NCBI GenBank assembly: GCA_965263295.1
Contig: OZ253665.1
Location: 800,001-864,000 of the forward strand
Length of the DNA: 64,000 bases
Direction: 5' to 3'
Source: Spirochaetia bacterium
Lineage (GTDB): Bacteria > Spirochaetota > Spirochaetia > SP-2023
The position numbers were made by a program, and so were the translations under genes. The notes below the pieces were generated by a model, which saw nothing but the letters and a program-made list of their open reading frames with translations, was not told the DNA's origin and ran no database searches. Below are positions 19,602 through 30,637 of the stretch, piece by piece (position 1 is the first letter of the stretch; the number at the start of each line of letters is the position of its first letter).

Positions 19602-20231
19602 ATGAAAATCGGGACAGGATCTGAAGGCCTGCAGCCGTTGCAGGTGGCAGCTTATTTATCGCTAGGAAGCAACCTAGGTCAGCGCGGCGAGAACTTGGAT
19701 CAAGCCTTGCAACTATTGCGGCGGCACCCGGCGGTACAAGGCAGCCAATGTTCGGCCATTTATCAGACTAAGCCCTATGGCCCCGTCGAACAGGATGCGT
19801 TCTGGAATTTTTGCCTGCGCCTAGATTTAGATGAGGCAAAGCTGCTTGACCTGTCGCACAATGCCTGCGGCAACGAAGGCCAAAGCAATGGTCGCCAACG
19901 GGAACTCTGCGCTCACGCCTTGTTGCAATATTGCCTCGACTGTGAGTTGCAGCTAGGCCGCGATCGCAGTGCCCAAATTGTGCATTGGGGGCCGCGCAGC
20001 ATCGACATTGACCTAATCGACTACGAATACATAAAGGTGGATAGCCCACATTTGCACTTGCCACATCCCCATTTTCTGCAGCGACTTTTTGTACTGGTCC
20101 CTTTGGCTGAAATTGCGGACGAGAAATTACTGCGGGCCTATTCGCTGAAAGAGCAGATTCAACGTCTGAAAGTACTGCCTGAGAATCGGGATTGGGGCTT
20201 TCGCCTCAGTGCTGGTTTGCGCCGGGATTAA
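19602..20231 (+). CDS. folK: 6-hydroxymethyl-7,8-dihydropterin pyrophosphokinase
   Basis: YLSLGSNLG, S.IY.T.PYG, WGPRSIDIDLI, LPHP...R.FVLVPLAEI. Confidence 0.92.
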   Translation: MKIGTGSEGLQPLQVAAYLSLGSNLGQRGENLDQALQLLRRHPAVQGSQCSAIYQTKPYGPVEQDAFWNFCLRLDLDEAKLLDLSHNACGNEGQSNGRQRELCAHALLQYCLDCELQLGRDRSAQIVHWGPRSIDIDLIDYEYIKVDSPHLHLPHPHFLQRLFVLVPLAEIADEKLLRAYSLKEQIQRLKVLPENRDWGFRLSAGLRRD

Positions 20232-20458
20232 AGAACAAGACAAAGATTGTGAAAAGTTTTATCAGAGGGAATTCCCACGGTTTTCAAAGTTTGCCCGCCG
20301 GCGAGGCTCTACACTCGGAATTGCTTTAGCCACAGGCCGGTTGAGTATGGAGATGTCGGCTGCTAGGAATATGCGTCCTTTTTCAATACAATTCGCAAAT
20401 TCTATTTTCCTTAAGCATGTGGCCTAAGCCTTTATAAAGCCTTGATAAAACAATACAT

Positions 20459-23400
20459 ATGCCTCACAGAGTTGATTCCTCCGCCTCCTTTCCTCGCTTG
20501 CAATTAATCTTACAGCTGCTTTGGGGGCTCCTGCTTCCCGCATTGTATGTGGAAGCAGGGGCACCGTTATTGAGGGCTCAGGCCCCTGTTGGTGCGGCGG
20601 TGGATGATGCTGGCGATTCACAACGTGAACAACGCTTGCAAGCACTCCGCCTGCGGGCCCAACAGGATGATATTGCTACAGCGAGTTATTTTGAATTGCA
20701 GGAGTTGGCGCGTGAATTGGGCGTCGAGCCGAACAGCGATATCAATACTTTGCGGGCAGCGTTGTACAGCAAATTGGATATTCCGGCGCCGGCCAGTGAG
20801 ATTGCAGACCAAGAAGATCTGGTCATTCGTATTGAATCAGCCCAGAAGGCCAAGGCTTTTACAGTCGAGCGCCAAGAAGATGACAGCGAAGATTATTTTA
20901 AAATCAGCGGGGGTGTCAAAGTTTACATTACAGACAAGCGTGAAGGTTATGAACATAGCGTGTATGCCGACACCATCACGTTCAACCGCAAACAGAATAC
21001 CATACGTGCCGAGGGTCAAGTTATATACATTCAAAAGAAACTTGACAGTAATGATGATAATGACACGGAAAAGTTTACCGGTGACTCTTTGATTTTTCGC
21101 TTGCGCGTCTGGCGCGGAGTTATTTTTTATGGCGTCTTCTCACGCGCCCAGACGACGGAAACTCAGCGCCCGATTGATGTTCATGCCAGTTCCTCCAATC
21201 CAGAAAAGACAAAAGCCGATCCTGAGGCCAATGCCACCGAGGACGACGACTCGTTGTTAGGGGAGAGCGTTCTGGCTCAGAATAATATCCATTATTATTT
21301 TGACGGTGAAAAGATGCGCAAGGGCAGCGACGATGTATTGGTACTGGAAAAGGGAGCTATCTCCACCAGTGAAAGCGAAGAGACGGAGTATTTCCGCCTG
21401 GGATTCCACCGCCTGTGGATTTTTGGCAAGCCAGAGTGGGCCATGCTCAGTGCCACGTTGTATGTCGGTCACATTCCCGTGCTGTACTTGCCCTACTATT
21501 ATCATAATGATAGCCAGATATTGTTCCACCCGGTATTCGGCTTGGGCGAAGCTTACGGTCAATTTATTCAGACAACTACTTATCTTTTGGGCAAGCCAGA
21601 AGCGGGCAGCACGGATTCTTTTTCCTTTTTGCCGGTTAACTCGGGCGCAGACGAAGATAGTGAGCTGAAACTGGAAGCTTTACATCTCGTTGCCGCCGAT
21701 AATGAAGACAAAAAAAAAAGCAAGTTAGGGGCGGACAGTTACCTCAAGTTCATGCTGGATTATTACAGTTATGTCGGAATATTTAGCGGTATAGATGGGA
21801 ATCTGACGGATTTGGGAATTATTGACAGTCTAGTTTTTAATGACTCACTGGCTTATGCCTATTCGCTGGAGGAACGAACTGGCGCCGGCTTTGCCACTGC
21901 GAAACCGTACATCTTGGGCGATGATGGCAAGTACAGCTTGCAGCCGGTTGAAACTAATTTGTTTGGACTGGCGCTACCTTTCCGTTATGGGTTTGAAAAC
22001 AGTTTGAGCAGCGAGAATGATTTTGTGAATATTGACTTCAAGCATTATTCAGATCCGTTTTTTCGCCGTGATTATTTAAACCGCAAGGAAATATTTGACT
22101 GGTTGGGCTATGGCTTAGAGCGCATGCAGAGCGATAACGACAAGCTCCTGGAAAAGTGGCGCAAAAAAGAATCCGTTATTTCCAGCTATAAATGGGAGAT
22201 CGGTTTGAACTTGAGGCCGCGCTTTAGAACTTCACTCATCTCTTCATTTGAACTCAAAGCTTATCTTGCCTCATACTTTGACAAGAAGACTGATTCTGAG
22301 CGCAAAGCCTATGACCCAACGCGTGAATTCTTCTACCCGGACAAGTTTTTTCTCCCAGATACTTCGCTACGTATGTCGGGAACTATTTGGCCTCTGCAAC
22401 AAGACAGTCAACAATCAAAATACAGTGGGGACCTGCCCATCCTAAAAGATTGGAAATATCAGCCCAATTCTGATGAAACCAGCACGGCAACAGATCAGGA
22501 AGCAGCCGCCGCGACTACAGCCGCCGCCAATGCCGACAAAATAATTCAAAAGCCTGAAGGACTTGAAAAGATTAAGCGCGACGAACAAGTTAAAACAGTC
22601 AGTTTTGAGACCACCTACAACCTGACGTCACAAAACCTGATGGAAAGCAATACCGATAATGATCAGTGGACCCGCGTTGAAGATATCGAATTGAACAATA
22701 AGGAATTGAAATTTTCTGGCAGAGAGGCTCTGCAGCTGGTCACGGGCTGGAAAATTTTTGATGACTTTTTGAATATCGACTTGCAGCACAGCCTGGATGC
22801 CCATATTGCACACTACTTCGACATCGCAGACCAAACCGAGGATTCCAACGACCTGACGGCGACGAAGCAAGCTAATAAATGGAACTGGAGTGAAGAATCC
22901 GACATTGTGCTTAGACCGTTTCATCTAATTGACTGGTTTGCCAATACCTCCATCACTCACAATATTCAGGCTGTGATGTATGATTATAAATATAATGTCG
23001 AGAGCCAAAACCATGAAGGTACATTTTTGGACCTAGGACAGTCAGATGCCGAGTTACGCGAGCGTATCACTGCCCATAGTTTGGTTACCTTGCTTGACTT
23101 TCAGCCAATTAAAGATGCTTATAATCCGATTAACAACTTACAAGTCAGCATCAGCATGACGAACGCCCTGCCTCCTTTGGAGTCCGAGAATACTTTAAAA
23201 AATCGCCTGTTTTTTGAATTTTTCCACTGGTCTCATGACGTTTCAATTGAATTCCAACAGAGTGGGGATGACGATCCAGATTTCTACGTTCAGCCGCTGA
23301 ATTATACTTCAATCTATAAGCCCATTGCCAAGGTGGAGCTTAAAAACATGATGATATATAATTTTGAAGCCGAGGCTAGGGGAGAACAGGAACCTCACTT

Positions 23401-24067
23401 TGACAAGGAAGAGATCTCGTTTAATGCCTGGTGGTTTAGTGGCGGGTTGTATTTCCTGTATACCCAACCTTATGTGTGGGACAAACAAAACCTGGGCTGG
23501 GAGGCTAAGGGAGACCTTGAACTGATTCCGGATAAAACCTTTTTGGCTTTTGAGCTGACGACCAAGGAACGTTACTTGTGGAAAAACCGCATGCTGTACT
23601 ATTTTACCTTGAACATGCGTTGGGATCAGGACTTGATTCGCTATAATGAAACTTCCTCTTTAACTTTGGACTTTACGTTCAGTTTCTTTATTTATGAATT
23701 TTTAAACCTTCAGATATCCTACCGCATGAGCAATGAACGGCTCTATCTCTATTATCCCGGCATGAAAGAATTTCTGGGCTTTACACAGGATTACTCCCTT
23801 TTGCAGGACTTATTAAATAGTGTGAGCTTTTGGGACGAGAACTTGCAAAAGAAGGGCTTGTTCAAGATGAAAGACATCCGCGTTTTGGCCATCCATCACT
23901 TGAAGGACTGGGATATGATTTTCGAATTTGCCGGTAAGCCTAAGCAAGTTGGCCGTAATCTGAGCTGGGATTATGCCATCGGTTTCTACCTGCGTTGGAT
24001 ACCCATTCCTTTAATCAAGCGTCATGTCACTTTTGAAAATGATATTTTGCGTACAGATGCGCGTTAG
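20459..24067 (+). CDS. lptD: LptD-like outer-membrane protein (spirochaete type)
   Basis: N-terminal beta-jellyroll-like segment (GGVKV...ADTITFNR...AEGQV), LYVGHIPVLYLPY, P.FG...G.FIQTT, aromatic-rich C-terminal barrel. Confidence 0.6.
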   Translation: MPHRVDSSASFPRLQLILQLLWGLLLPALYVEAGAPLLRAQAPVGAAVDDAGDSQREQRLQALRLRAQQDDIATASYFELQELARELGVEPNSDINTLRAALYSKLDIPAPASEIADQEDLVIRIESAQKAKAFTVERQEDDSEDYFKISGGVKVYITDKREGYEHSVYADTITFNRKQNTIRAEGQVIYIQKKLDSNDDNDTEKFTGDSLIFRLRVWRGVIFYGVFSRAQTTETQRPIDVHASSSNPEKTKADPEANATEDDDSLLGESVLAQNNIHYYFDGEKMRKGSDDVLVLEKGAISTSESEETEYFRLGFHRLWIFGKPEWAMLSATLYVGHIPVLYLPYYYHNDSQILFHPVFGLGEAYGQFIQTTTYLLGKPEAGSTDSFSFLPVNSGADEDSELKLEALHLVAADNEDKKKSKLGADSYLKFMLDYYSYVGIFSGIDGNLTDLGIIDSLVFNDSLAYAYSLEERTGAGFATAKPYILGDDGKYSLQPVETNLFGLALPFRYGFENSLSSENDFVNIDFKHYSDPFFRRDYLNRKEIFDWLGYGLERMQSDNDKLLEKWRKKESVISSYKWEIGLNLRPRFRTSLISSFELKAYLASYFDKKTDSERKAYDPTREFFYPDKFFLPDTSLRMSGTIWPLQQDSQQSKYSGDLPILKDWKYQPNSDETSTATDQEAAAATTAAANADKIIQKPEGLEKIKRDEQVKTVSFETTYNLTSQNLMESNTDNDQWTRVEDIELNNKELKFSGREALQLVTGWKIFDDFLNIDLQHSLDAHIAHYFDIADQTEDSNDLTATKQANKWNWSEESDIVLRPFHLIDWFANTSITHNIQAVMYDYKYNVESQNHEGTFLDLGQSDAELRERITAHSLVTLLDFQPIKDAYNPINNLQVSISMTNALPPLESENTLKNRLFFEFFHWSHDVSIEFQQSGDDDPDFYVQPLNYTSIYKPIAKVELKNMMIYNFEAEARGEQEPHFDKEEISFNAWWFSGGLYFLYTQPYVWDKQNLGWEAKGDLELIPDKTFLAFELTTKERYLWKNRMLYYFTLNMRWDQDLIRYNETSSLTLDFTFSFFIYEFLNLQISYRMSNERLYLYYPGMKEFLGFTQDYSLLQDLLNSVSFWDENLQKKGLFKMKDIRVLAIHHLKDWDMIFEFAGKPKQVGRNLSWDYAIGFYLRWIPIPLIKRHVTFENDILRTDAR

Positions 24068-24403
24068 CTCTCGTCAATTTTTTTTAATGATTTTTTGTAT
24101 CATAAAGAGTTGTTTCATATAATCTGGGCCGGCTTTGGAGCTGGCCTCACTGTTGGCAGAAGTGGGAGGCTAATGGCTAAGAATTGATTATTAATTACGG
24201 CATTGAATTCAATTGCCTGACTTGCCTGAATCCGCTCACAAAGAAGCTGAAATTTAATTTGCCAGGGATTTGCAAGCGACTGGCGATTAAAATTATTGTG
24301 CCGGCACTGAATTGCATTGTGGCTATTGGCCAAACTGGATATAATGCGTTTTTATTCTTCTGTTAAATTCCTCCCTTAACAAGCTGTTGTAGATATTTAG
24401 GAT

Positions 24404-26428
24404 ATGCCCATTGTGAGTGCTCCCCTCAACCCTGAACAACTCGACGCCGTGCAAAACACCGAAGGCCCTTTGTTGATAATCGCTGGAGCGGGTAGCGGCA
24501 AAACCCGTGTCATCATTCAGCGCATTGTGCATCTATTGAAGCGTGGTATTGATTCTCGCAGTATTTTGGCCTTGACCTTTACCAATAAGGCGGCCCAGGA
24601 AATGCGTGAACGCATTGGAGAAGAGATTGGCAAAGGGCAGGCGCGAGGTTTGACTTTGCTAACTTTTCATTCTTTTGGCATGCAGGTTTTACAGCATCAC
24701 GCAAAACTGCTGCGATACAACGGCAATTTCAGTATTTACGATGTCGCGGACGCCCTGAGCTGCCTGAAGGAATCCGCCGCAGAGCTGAAGTGGGATACCG
24801 ATTTTAACCGGCTCAAACAAGGCCAAGAAGTGATTAGCCGCATTAAAATGCAGCGCGCTGAGTGGGACGAAGAAAGCCTGCCGTTCAAAGATTTGTACGA
24901 AGAGTATCACCGCCATTTAAAAGCATATAACGCTTTTGACTTTGACGATTTGATCTGTAGGCCCGTACAGCTTTGGAACGAACACCCCGAAGTGTTGGAG
25001 CGTTATCGGCAGCGCTATCGCTATGTCATGGTCGATGAATTTCAGGATACTTCCATCCTGCAATATCGCCTTCTGCGTCAACTGGTCTCTGTGCACAGAA
25101 ATATCTGTTGTGTCGGCGATGATGATCAGTCTATTTATTCTTGGCGTGGGGCCAATTTTGAAAATATTCGTCTCTTTGAGCGCGATTTTCCCGAGCGCAA
25201 GGAAATTCGCCTGGAGCGCAATTATCGTTCTACGAAAACTATTTTAGACGCGGCCAACGCCGTAATTCGCCACAACCAGCGCCGTAAAGACAAAAACCTG
25301 CGCCCCGAAACGGCTGGAGATGAGAGCCTGATCGTCTGCCATTTCCCCGCGAATGATGAGGATGAGGCGCGCTTTGTCTGCGACACGATCCGTAAAATGC
25401 GCGCGCTGGAACATGTGAAATACGACGAAATTGGCGTGCTTGTGCGTACCAACAAATTGATGCGAACCCTGGAATCCCAGCTATTGGCGGCACGCATGCC
25501 TTATGTCGTCTCTGGTGGACAAAGTTTTTTTCAGCGAACTGAAATTAAGGACCTGATCGCTTATTTGCGCGTGCTGCAAAATCCAGATGACGATGTGAGT
25601 CTCCTGCGTATTATTAACAAACCGAACCGTCGTATCGGGCCTAAATCGGTGGAGAAGCTGCGCAGCTTGGCCCATATACAAAGTTGGAGTCTCTATGAGA
25701 CCATGCGCGATATGGTACTCAACAACGACCCACGCCACCCTGAATTAGTGCAAAGTTGTGCCGATTTTGTGATGCTGCTTGAAGAACTGCGCCCACAATT
25801 TCTGAAAGCGCCAGCTCCCGATGTCAGCCTGGCCCAGCTGAGTCTGACCTTGATTGAAGAAATTGACTACTGGGGCTTTCTGTTACAACAGTTCCCCGCG
25901 CGCCCCGAAGGAGCGAAGCGGCGCTACGAATTGATGACTAGTTTTTGCGAGATGCTCAGACGCTGGGAAACGCATGAAAGCGTTACACCGCGCAGCCTGA
26001 AGTCGTGGCTCAACCGCATTAGCCTAATCACCCGCGACGAGCTGAGCGACGAAAGTGAAGGCAAAATTAGCCTGTCGACTATTCATGCCGTCAAGGGCTT
26101 AGAGTTTGACCTGGTTTTGCTTTGCGGTGTGGAAGAGGGGATTTTGCCGCATTCGCGCTCTCTAGAAGAGCATGCTTACGATGAAGAGGAAGAGCGGCGG
26201 CTGTTTTACGTCGCTGTGACGCGTGCCAAGCGCTGGCTTTACTTGACCAGCTGCCAGAGTCGTATGAAAAATGGGCGGGAGGAAGATTGCCAGGTCTCTG
26301 CGTTTATCAATGAGATTCCCAGCCAGCTTACAAGTGCCGAACTGGAGCTTTCAGAAAATGAAGAAGAAAAAATGCTGGAACAGGCAATGGCGAACTTGCC
26401 TTGGCTGCGCTTGAGCACAGGGAGATAA
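24404..26428 (+). CDS. UvrD/Rep/PcrA family ATP-dependent DNA helicase
   Basis: AGAGSGKT, TFTNKAA, VDEFQDT, VGDDDQSIY, NYRST, TIHAVKGLEF, EERRLFYVAVTRA. Confidence 0.95.
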   Translation: MPIVSAPLNPEQLDAVQNTEGPLLIIAGAGSGKTRVIIQRIVHLLKRGIDSRSILALTFTNKAAQEMRERIGEEIGKGQARGLTLLTFHSFGMQVLQHHAKLLRYNGNFSIYDVADALSCLKESAAELKWDTDFNRLKQGQEVISRIKMQRAEWDEESLPFKDLYEEYHRHLKAYNAFDFDDLICRPVQLWNEHPEVLERYRQRYRYVMVDEFQDTSILQYRLLRQLVSVHRNICCVGDDDQSIYSWRGANFENIRLFERDFPERKEIRLERNYRSTKTILDAANAVIRHNQRRKDKNLRPETAGDESLIVCHFPANDEDEARFVCDTIRKMRALEHVKYDEIGVLVRTNKLMRTLESQLLAARMPYVVSGGQSFFQRTEIKDLIAYLRVLQNPDDDVSLLRIINKPNRRIGPKSVEKLRSLAHIQSWSLYETMRDMVLNNDPRHPELVQSCADFVMLLEELRPQFLKAPAPDVSLAQLSLTLIEEIDYWGFLLQQFPARPEGAKRRYELMTSFCEMLRRWETHESVTPRSLKSWLNRISLITRDELSDESEGKISLSTIHAVKGLEFDLVLLCGVEEGILPHSRSLEEHAYDEEEERRLFYVAVTRAKRWLYLTSCQSRMKNGREEDCQVSAFINEIPSQLTSAELELSENEEEKMLEQAMANLPWLRLSTGR

Positions 26429-26437
26429 TGGATCGAT

Positions 26438-26962
26438 ATGTTTGACGAACAAGATCGGGGTGGACAGAGACGTGAACAAGCCGTCGCCCATCTGAGTGCC
26501 GCGATTTCTTATTTGCGCGATTGTGAGATTCAGGATGCCGAGCCTAGCGCCCGGCGTTGTTTGGAGCTGTTCGCCAACTGGATGCAAAGTGAGAAATCCT
26601 GGCAAGAGCCCGTATTAAGTCTAATGGATGCCAATGGTTACAGCGGTAGCATTGAAGATTCGGGGGCCATATACGGGCTGTGCCCGCATCACCTGGTGCC
26701 ATATTTTGGCAGCTATAATCTACGTTTTACCCCAGGTAAACAAATCTTGGGCCTATCGTCAATTAGTCGGGCAGTGGACGCTTTTTGCCGCCGTGCCCTG
26801 CTGCAAGAAGACTTGACTCAAGAATTAGGTGAGTTTTTTCATCGCAATTTACAGCCTGAATCTCTGGAGTTGCGCATTGCCGCCCGTCACTTTTGCAGGG
26901 AAATGCGCGCGATAAACCACAGCAGCCGGGCGAACGATTTTGTCACCTGTTGGCGAATTTGA
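26438..26962 (+). CDS. folE: Divergent GTP cyclohydrolase I (FolE-like)
   Basis: LCPHHLVPYFG, LGLSS, R...QEDLT and H.C..MR align with FolE motifs CEHH, GLSK, QERLT and H.C..MRG. Confidence 0.75.
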   Translation: MFDEQDRGGQRREQAVAHLSAAISYLRDCEIQDAEPSARRCLELFANWMQSEKSWQEPVLSLMDANGYSGSIEDSGAIYGLCPHHLVPYFGSYNLRFTPGKQILGLSSISRAVDAFCRRALLQEDLTQELGEFFHRNLQPESLELRIAARHFCREMRAINHSSRANDFVTCWRI

Positions 26963-27192
26963 AGGCGGGCGGGCAATTTTTTACCACTAATTTTAGTCTC
27001 CCATGCCGTGCAATTAAGTTCTGTTTGCTCGCTTCTTAGACCTTTAATGGGTATTCAACTGGCATTCAATGGGCATCCTGCGAGCATTCAGGAGGCTGCG
27101 ACGTCAAGCAAAAGGCACAATTCAATTGTTGACAAAGTCAAATATTCGCCCTAACCTTTCGGGGATTATAAATTCGATCAGAGGAGAATTTC

Positions 27193-28011
27193 ATGCCAGA
27201 CAAAGTCGCATTGGTGAGTGGAGCTTCTTCAGGTATTGGCCTGGATACAGCCCGCGATTTGCTAAAAAAAGGGTTCATCGTCTATGGAGCGGCACGCCGT
27301 GTGGACCGGATGCAGCCTTTACTGGAGGGCGGAGGACGAGCTCTGCAACTGGATATTTGCAAGGATGAAGATATTGTTGCCGCGGTGGCACAGATAGAAC
27401 GGGAGGAAGGGCGCCTGGATGTGCTCGTCAACAATGCGGGTTATGGCTCGTATGGGCCCTTGGAAGAAGTGCCGCAGGACGAAGCTCGGCGGCAATTTGA
27501 TGTCAATATCTTTGGACTGGCTCGCCTGACACAAGAAGTACTGCCGCTAATGCGCAAGCAAAAAAGTGGGCGCATCATCAATATTTCTTCGATGGGCGGA
27601 GTGGTCGTTACTCCGTTAGGGAATTGGTATCACGCAACTAAATTCGCCTTGGAGGGGCTTTCTGATACCATGCGCCTGGAACTGGCGCAGTTTGGTATTG
27701 AGGTCATCGTAATTCAGCCGGGAGCCATCGCCACGGAATGGGGCGGCATTGCCGCCGAGGGCATGAAGCCTTATGCCGAAAACGGCGCATACACCGATTT
27801 TACCCGCAAGGTAATCAAGCTTTTTGCAGCAGAGACGCAAGGTTCTCCGACATCTGTAGTCAGCCAGGCGATTTGTCATGCCGCCACGGCACGTAAACCG
27901 AAGACGCGGTATGCCATCGGTAAATTTGCCAAAAGCTATATAAGAATGCGGCGTTTACTCAGCGATCGCGCCTACACTCAAATGATTTTAAGAGTCCTGG
28001 CCAGAGCTTAA
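27193..28011 (+). CDS. Short-chain dehydrogenase/reductase
   Basis: GASSGIG, NNAGYG, SS, YHATK, PG motifs. Confidence 0.92.
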   Translation: MPDKVALVSGASSGIGLDTARDLLKKGFIVYGAARRVDRMQPLLEGGGRALQLDICKDEDIVAAVAQIEREEGRLDVLVNNAGYGSYGPLEEVPQDEARRQFDVNIFGLARLTQEVLPLMRKQKSGRIINISSMGGVVVTPLGNWYHATKFALEGLSDTMRLELAQFGIEVIVIQPGAIATEWGGIAAEGMKPYAENGAYTDFTRKVIKLFAAETQGSPTSVVSQAICHAATARKPKTRYAIGKFAKSYIRMRRLLSDRAYTQMILRVLARA

Positions 28012-28208
28012 GCCTAACATTTGCAGCTCCCCATTTCTTAGCGGGGCTTAATGTCTAGAGGGGCTAATGGGGAAACGAGAGGCTAATACAAAGGCGTCAA
28101 TTGCACCCGCATGCTATTGCATTTGCCGTAATTTTAATTTGCCTCAGTTGCTTAGGCCGGCAAGTATTGCAGGTTCAAGACGCGGTTTCGTTGTGGAACT
28201 TTTAAATC

Positions 28209-30557
28209 TTGAATCACGCCGCGCGATGGGGACCTGACGTGAAGCTGTTTGATGAAGATCAGGCCCAAGGGCCCCGAAAATTTGGAAAGTCTCAAACGGG
28301 GTCCCCAAATATACAGAAATTGAGCCTCGCACCGGTGGAGGCATCCTCATTCGGTACGGACGGAGAGCCTTTGGCCAGCCGCATGCGACCACGAAATCTG
28401 GCTGAATTTGTCGGACAAGCCCACTTGCTGGGCCCACAAGGCTTTCTTCGGCGGGCGTTACGGCAAGAAATGCAAACCACAGTGACCCACAGTGGCCTGG
28501 GGAGTATTATTTTGTGGGGGCCGCCGGGCACGGGCAAGACAACTCTGGCCCGGCTCCTGGCGCACGAGACTCAGCGGACGCTTTTGCAGCTCCGTGCCGT
28601 AATGGATGGCTTGAAGGAGCTGCGAGTTTGTCTGCAGCGGGCCAGGGCTTTGGCTGAGACTGGCGGCGGCCAGGCGCGAGCGCCAATTCTGTTTGTCGAT
28701 GAGATCCACCGCTGGAACAAGGCACAGCAAGATGCCCTGCTGCCATGGCTTGAGTGCGGCACCGTGCTGCTAATCGGGGCGACGACCGAAAACCCGGCCT
28801 TTGAGTTGAATAATGCCTTGCTCAGCCGAGCGCGGGTAATGGAACTTGCCTGCCTGGATGAGTCTGAATTGCGCCTGGTTTTGCAGCGGGCCCTGCAGGA
28901 CGAAGAACGGGGTGTGGCCCGGAGCGGCCTGTGCCTAGAAAATGATGCCGAGCAATATTTATTGCAACACAGCGGCGGCGACGCGCGCCGCCTGCTGAAT
29001 GCTGTCGAATTGCTGGCTTCTGCCTCCAATCCAGGGCGGCAAAAAGTTCCCTTGGGCCGCGATATCGTCAAGAATTATTTACAGCGACAAAATCTCTACG
29101 ATCGCAATGGCGATTGCCATTATGATACCGTCAGCGCGTTTATAAAATCCGTGCGTGGTTCCGATGTCGATTCGGCACTGTATTGGCTTCAGGTCATGCT
29201 TCAGGGAGGCGAAAATCCGCGCTTCATTTGGCGCCGTCTCTTGATCTTGACCGCTGAGGATATCGGCCTGGCTGACCCGCAAGCTTTGGTTCAAGTCCAG
29301 GCTGCGGCTCAAGCCTTTGAATATGTCGGGCTGCCGGAAGGGGAATATTTCTTGAGCCAGGCGACCATTTATTTGTCCTTGGCACCCAAAAGCAACAGTG
29401 TCGGGGCCTTTTGGCAGGCCAAGGCGTTGCTGCGGGAACGAGAGCTGCTGCCTGTACCGCCGCATTTGCGCGAGCAAGCCAAGAGCGAAGCGAAACGCGA
29501 AAGTGTCCGCACTAGTGTGCGAGCTGCTTGCGAGGCCGAACACGGCTATCTTTATCCCCACCGTTTTCCGGGACATTGGGTTGAGCAGAACTACAGCCAC
29601 CCACAACTGCTCGGGCAGATTTACCGGCCTGGTTATGCAATGGAACTACAGGGCTGGGAGGCGCAGCGTTTTGCCCAGCATCAGGTCCGGCTTGAGATAT
29701 GGCACGAAGCCCAGCGCTTGGAACAAAGTTGGCACAGCGGTCAAGATTTGCTTGACGGGCTGCCTCAAGAGCCGCTTCATGAACCACTTCATGGGCATGG
29801 GCCGCGCAGCGAAGACTATTATCAAAATCGCCACGAGATTTTGCTGCTCTGGCAGAACTTGCGCGAAGAGTTGGCAAAATTTGGCATGGCACAGGGTTGG
29901 TCTGGATTGTCCATCAATGTCGATAAACCTGGGAATCAAATTCCTGGGGATCAGATCCCTGATCAAGTGCCACAGCCATCGCCGGAATTCCTGTTACAAG
30001 AATGGCAGCGGCGTTATGCACAGTCTGTCCACCGGGCAAATGGAATCCATGAGACTGGTGGCAAGGGACGGCAGCGAGCCGCGCAGATTTTCGCGCAAGT
30101 TTTATTGCTGCGTTCGCCCGAAAGCTTGTGCGAACTCAAGATAACAGAGCGGGCAGAAAAGCGAGACCAGCTTTGTTACGGGCTTCTTGCAGCTCCCTGG
30201 AAGGCGCGTGAGCTCGCGGCGCAGGAGATTCTACTGATCCTGGATCAACTTTTAGATCAAGGGGGACCACAGTTGCCGCCTGGCGTCAGTGCGGCCGTTT
30301 GCGAACTGCGGCAACAATGTCAGGAGCATTTTGCCGATGCCACTGCAGGACAAGTAAAGTGGCCGAATGACTGGGAACTGCGGCATCAATGGCAACTGGG
30401 TTATAGCCATATCTGCCATGCCAGATTGTGGCGGCGTTACGCCCGCCTGCTCCCTGAGTCTTTGCAGCAAGACTGGTTCGCCTTGCAGGAAGTCTTGCCG
30501 GCCAAGTTAAGTTTTGACTTTTGCAGACATTATATTTTACTGGAGGAGAAAACGTAA
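28209..30557 (+). CDS. rarA: Replication-associated recombination protein A (RarA/MgsA) with long C-terminal extension; start uncertain
   Basis: PLASRMRP, GPPGTGKTT, DEIHRWNKAQQD, GATTENP, SAFIKSVRGSD, EDIGLADP, PKSNS, YLYPH. Confidence 0.9.
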   Translation: MNHAARWGPDVKLFDEDQAQGPRKFGKSQTGSPNIQKLSLAPVEASSFGTDGEPLASRMRPRNLAEFVGQAHLLGPQGFLRRALRQEMQTTVTHSGLGSIILWGPPGTGKTTLARLLAHETQRTLLQLRAVMDGLKELRVCLQRARALAETGGGQARAPILFVDEIHRWNKAQQDALLPWLECGTVLLIGATTENPAFELNNALLSRARVMELACLDESELRLVLQRALQDEERGVARSGLCLENDAEQYLLQHSGGDARRLLNAVELLASASNPGRQKVPLGRDIVKNYLQRQNLYDRNGDCHYDTVSAFIKSVRGSDVDSALYWLQVMLQGGENPRFIWRRLLILTAEDIGLADPQALVQVQAAAQAFEYVGLPEGEYFLSQATIYLSLAPKSNSVGAFWQAKALLRERELLPVPPHLREQAKSEAKRESVRTSVRAACEAEHGYLYPHRFPGHWVEQNYSHPQLLGQIYRPGYAMELQGWEAQRFAQHQVRLEIWHEAQRLEQSWHSGQDLLDGLPQEPLHEPLHGHGPRSEDYYQNRHEILLLWQNLREELAKFGMAQGWSGLSINVDKPGNQIPGDQIPDQVPQPSPEFLLQEWQRRYAQSVHRANGIHETGGKGRQRAAQIFAQVLLLRSPESLCELKITERAEKRDQLCYGLLAAPWKARELAAQEILLILDQLLDQGGPQLPPGVSAAVCELRQQCQEHFADATAGQVKWPNDWELRHQWQLGYSHICHARLWRRYARLLPESLQQDWFALQEVLPAKLSFDFCRHYILLEEKT

Positions 30558-30637
30558 ATTTTATCTAATTCCATTGCAATTACTTATTAATTTTTAATTA
30601 TTTGTTAATTTCTAAACTGATTATTTTTATAAATTAA

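Noticed and set aside
21710..21719. A10 run in the lptD-like gene as a phase-variation tract
   Set aside because: In frame, encodes a Lys run in a probably essential gene; no other support
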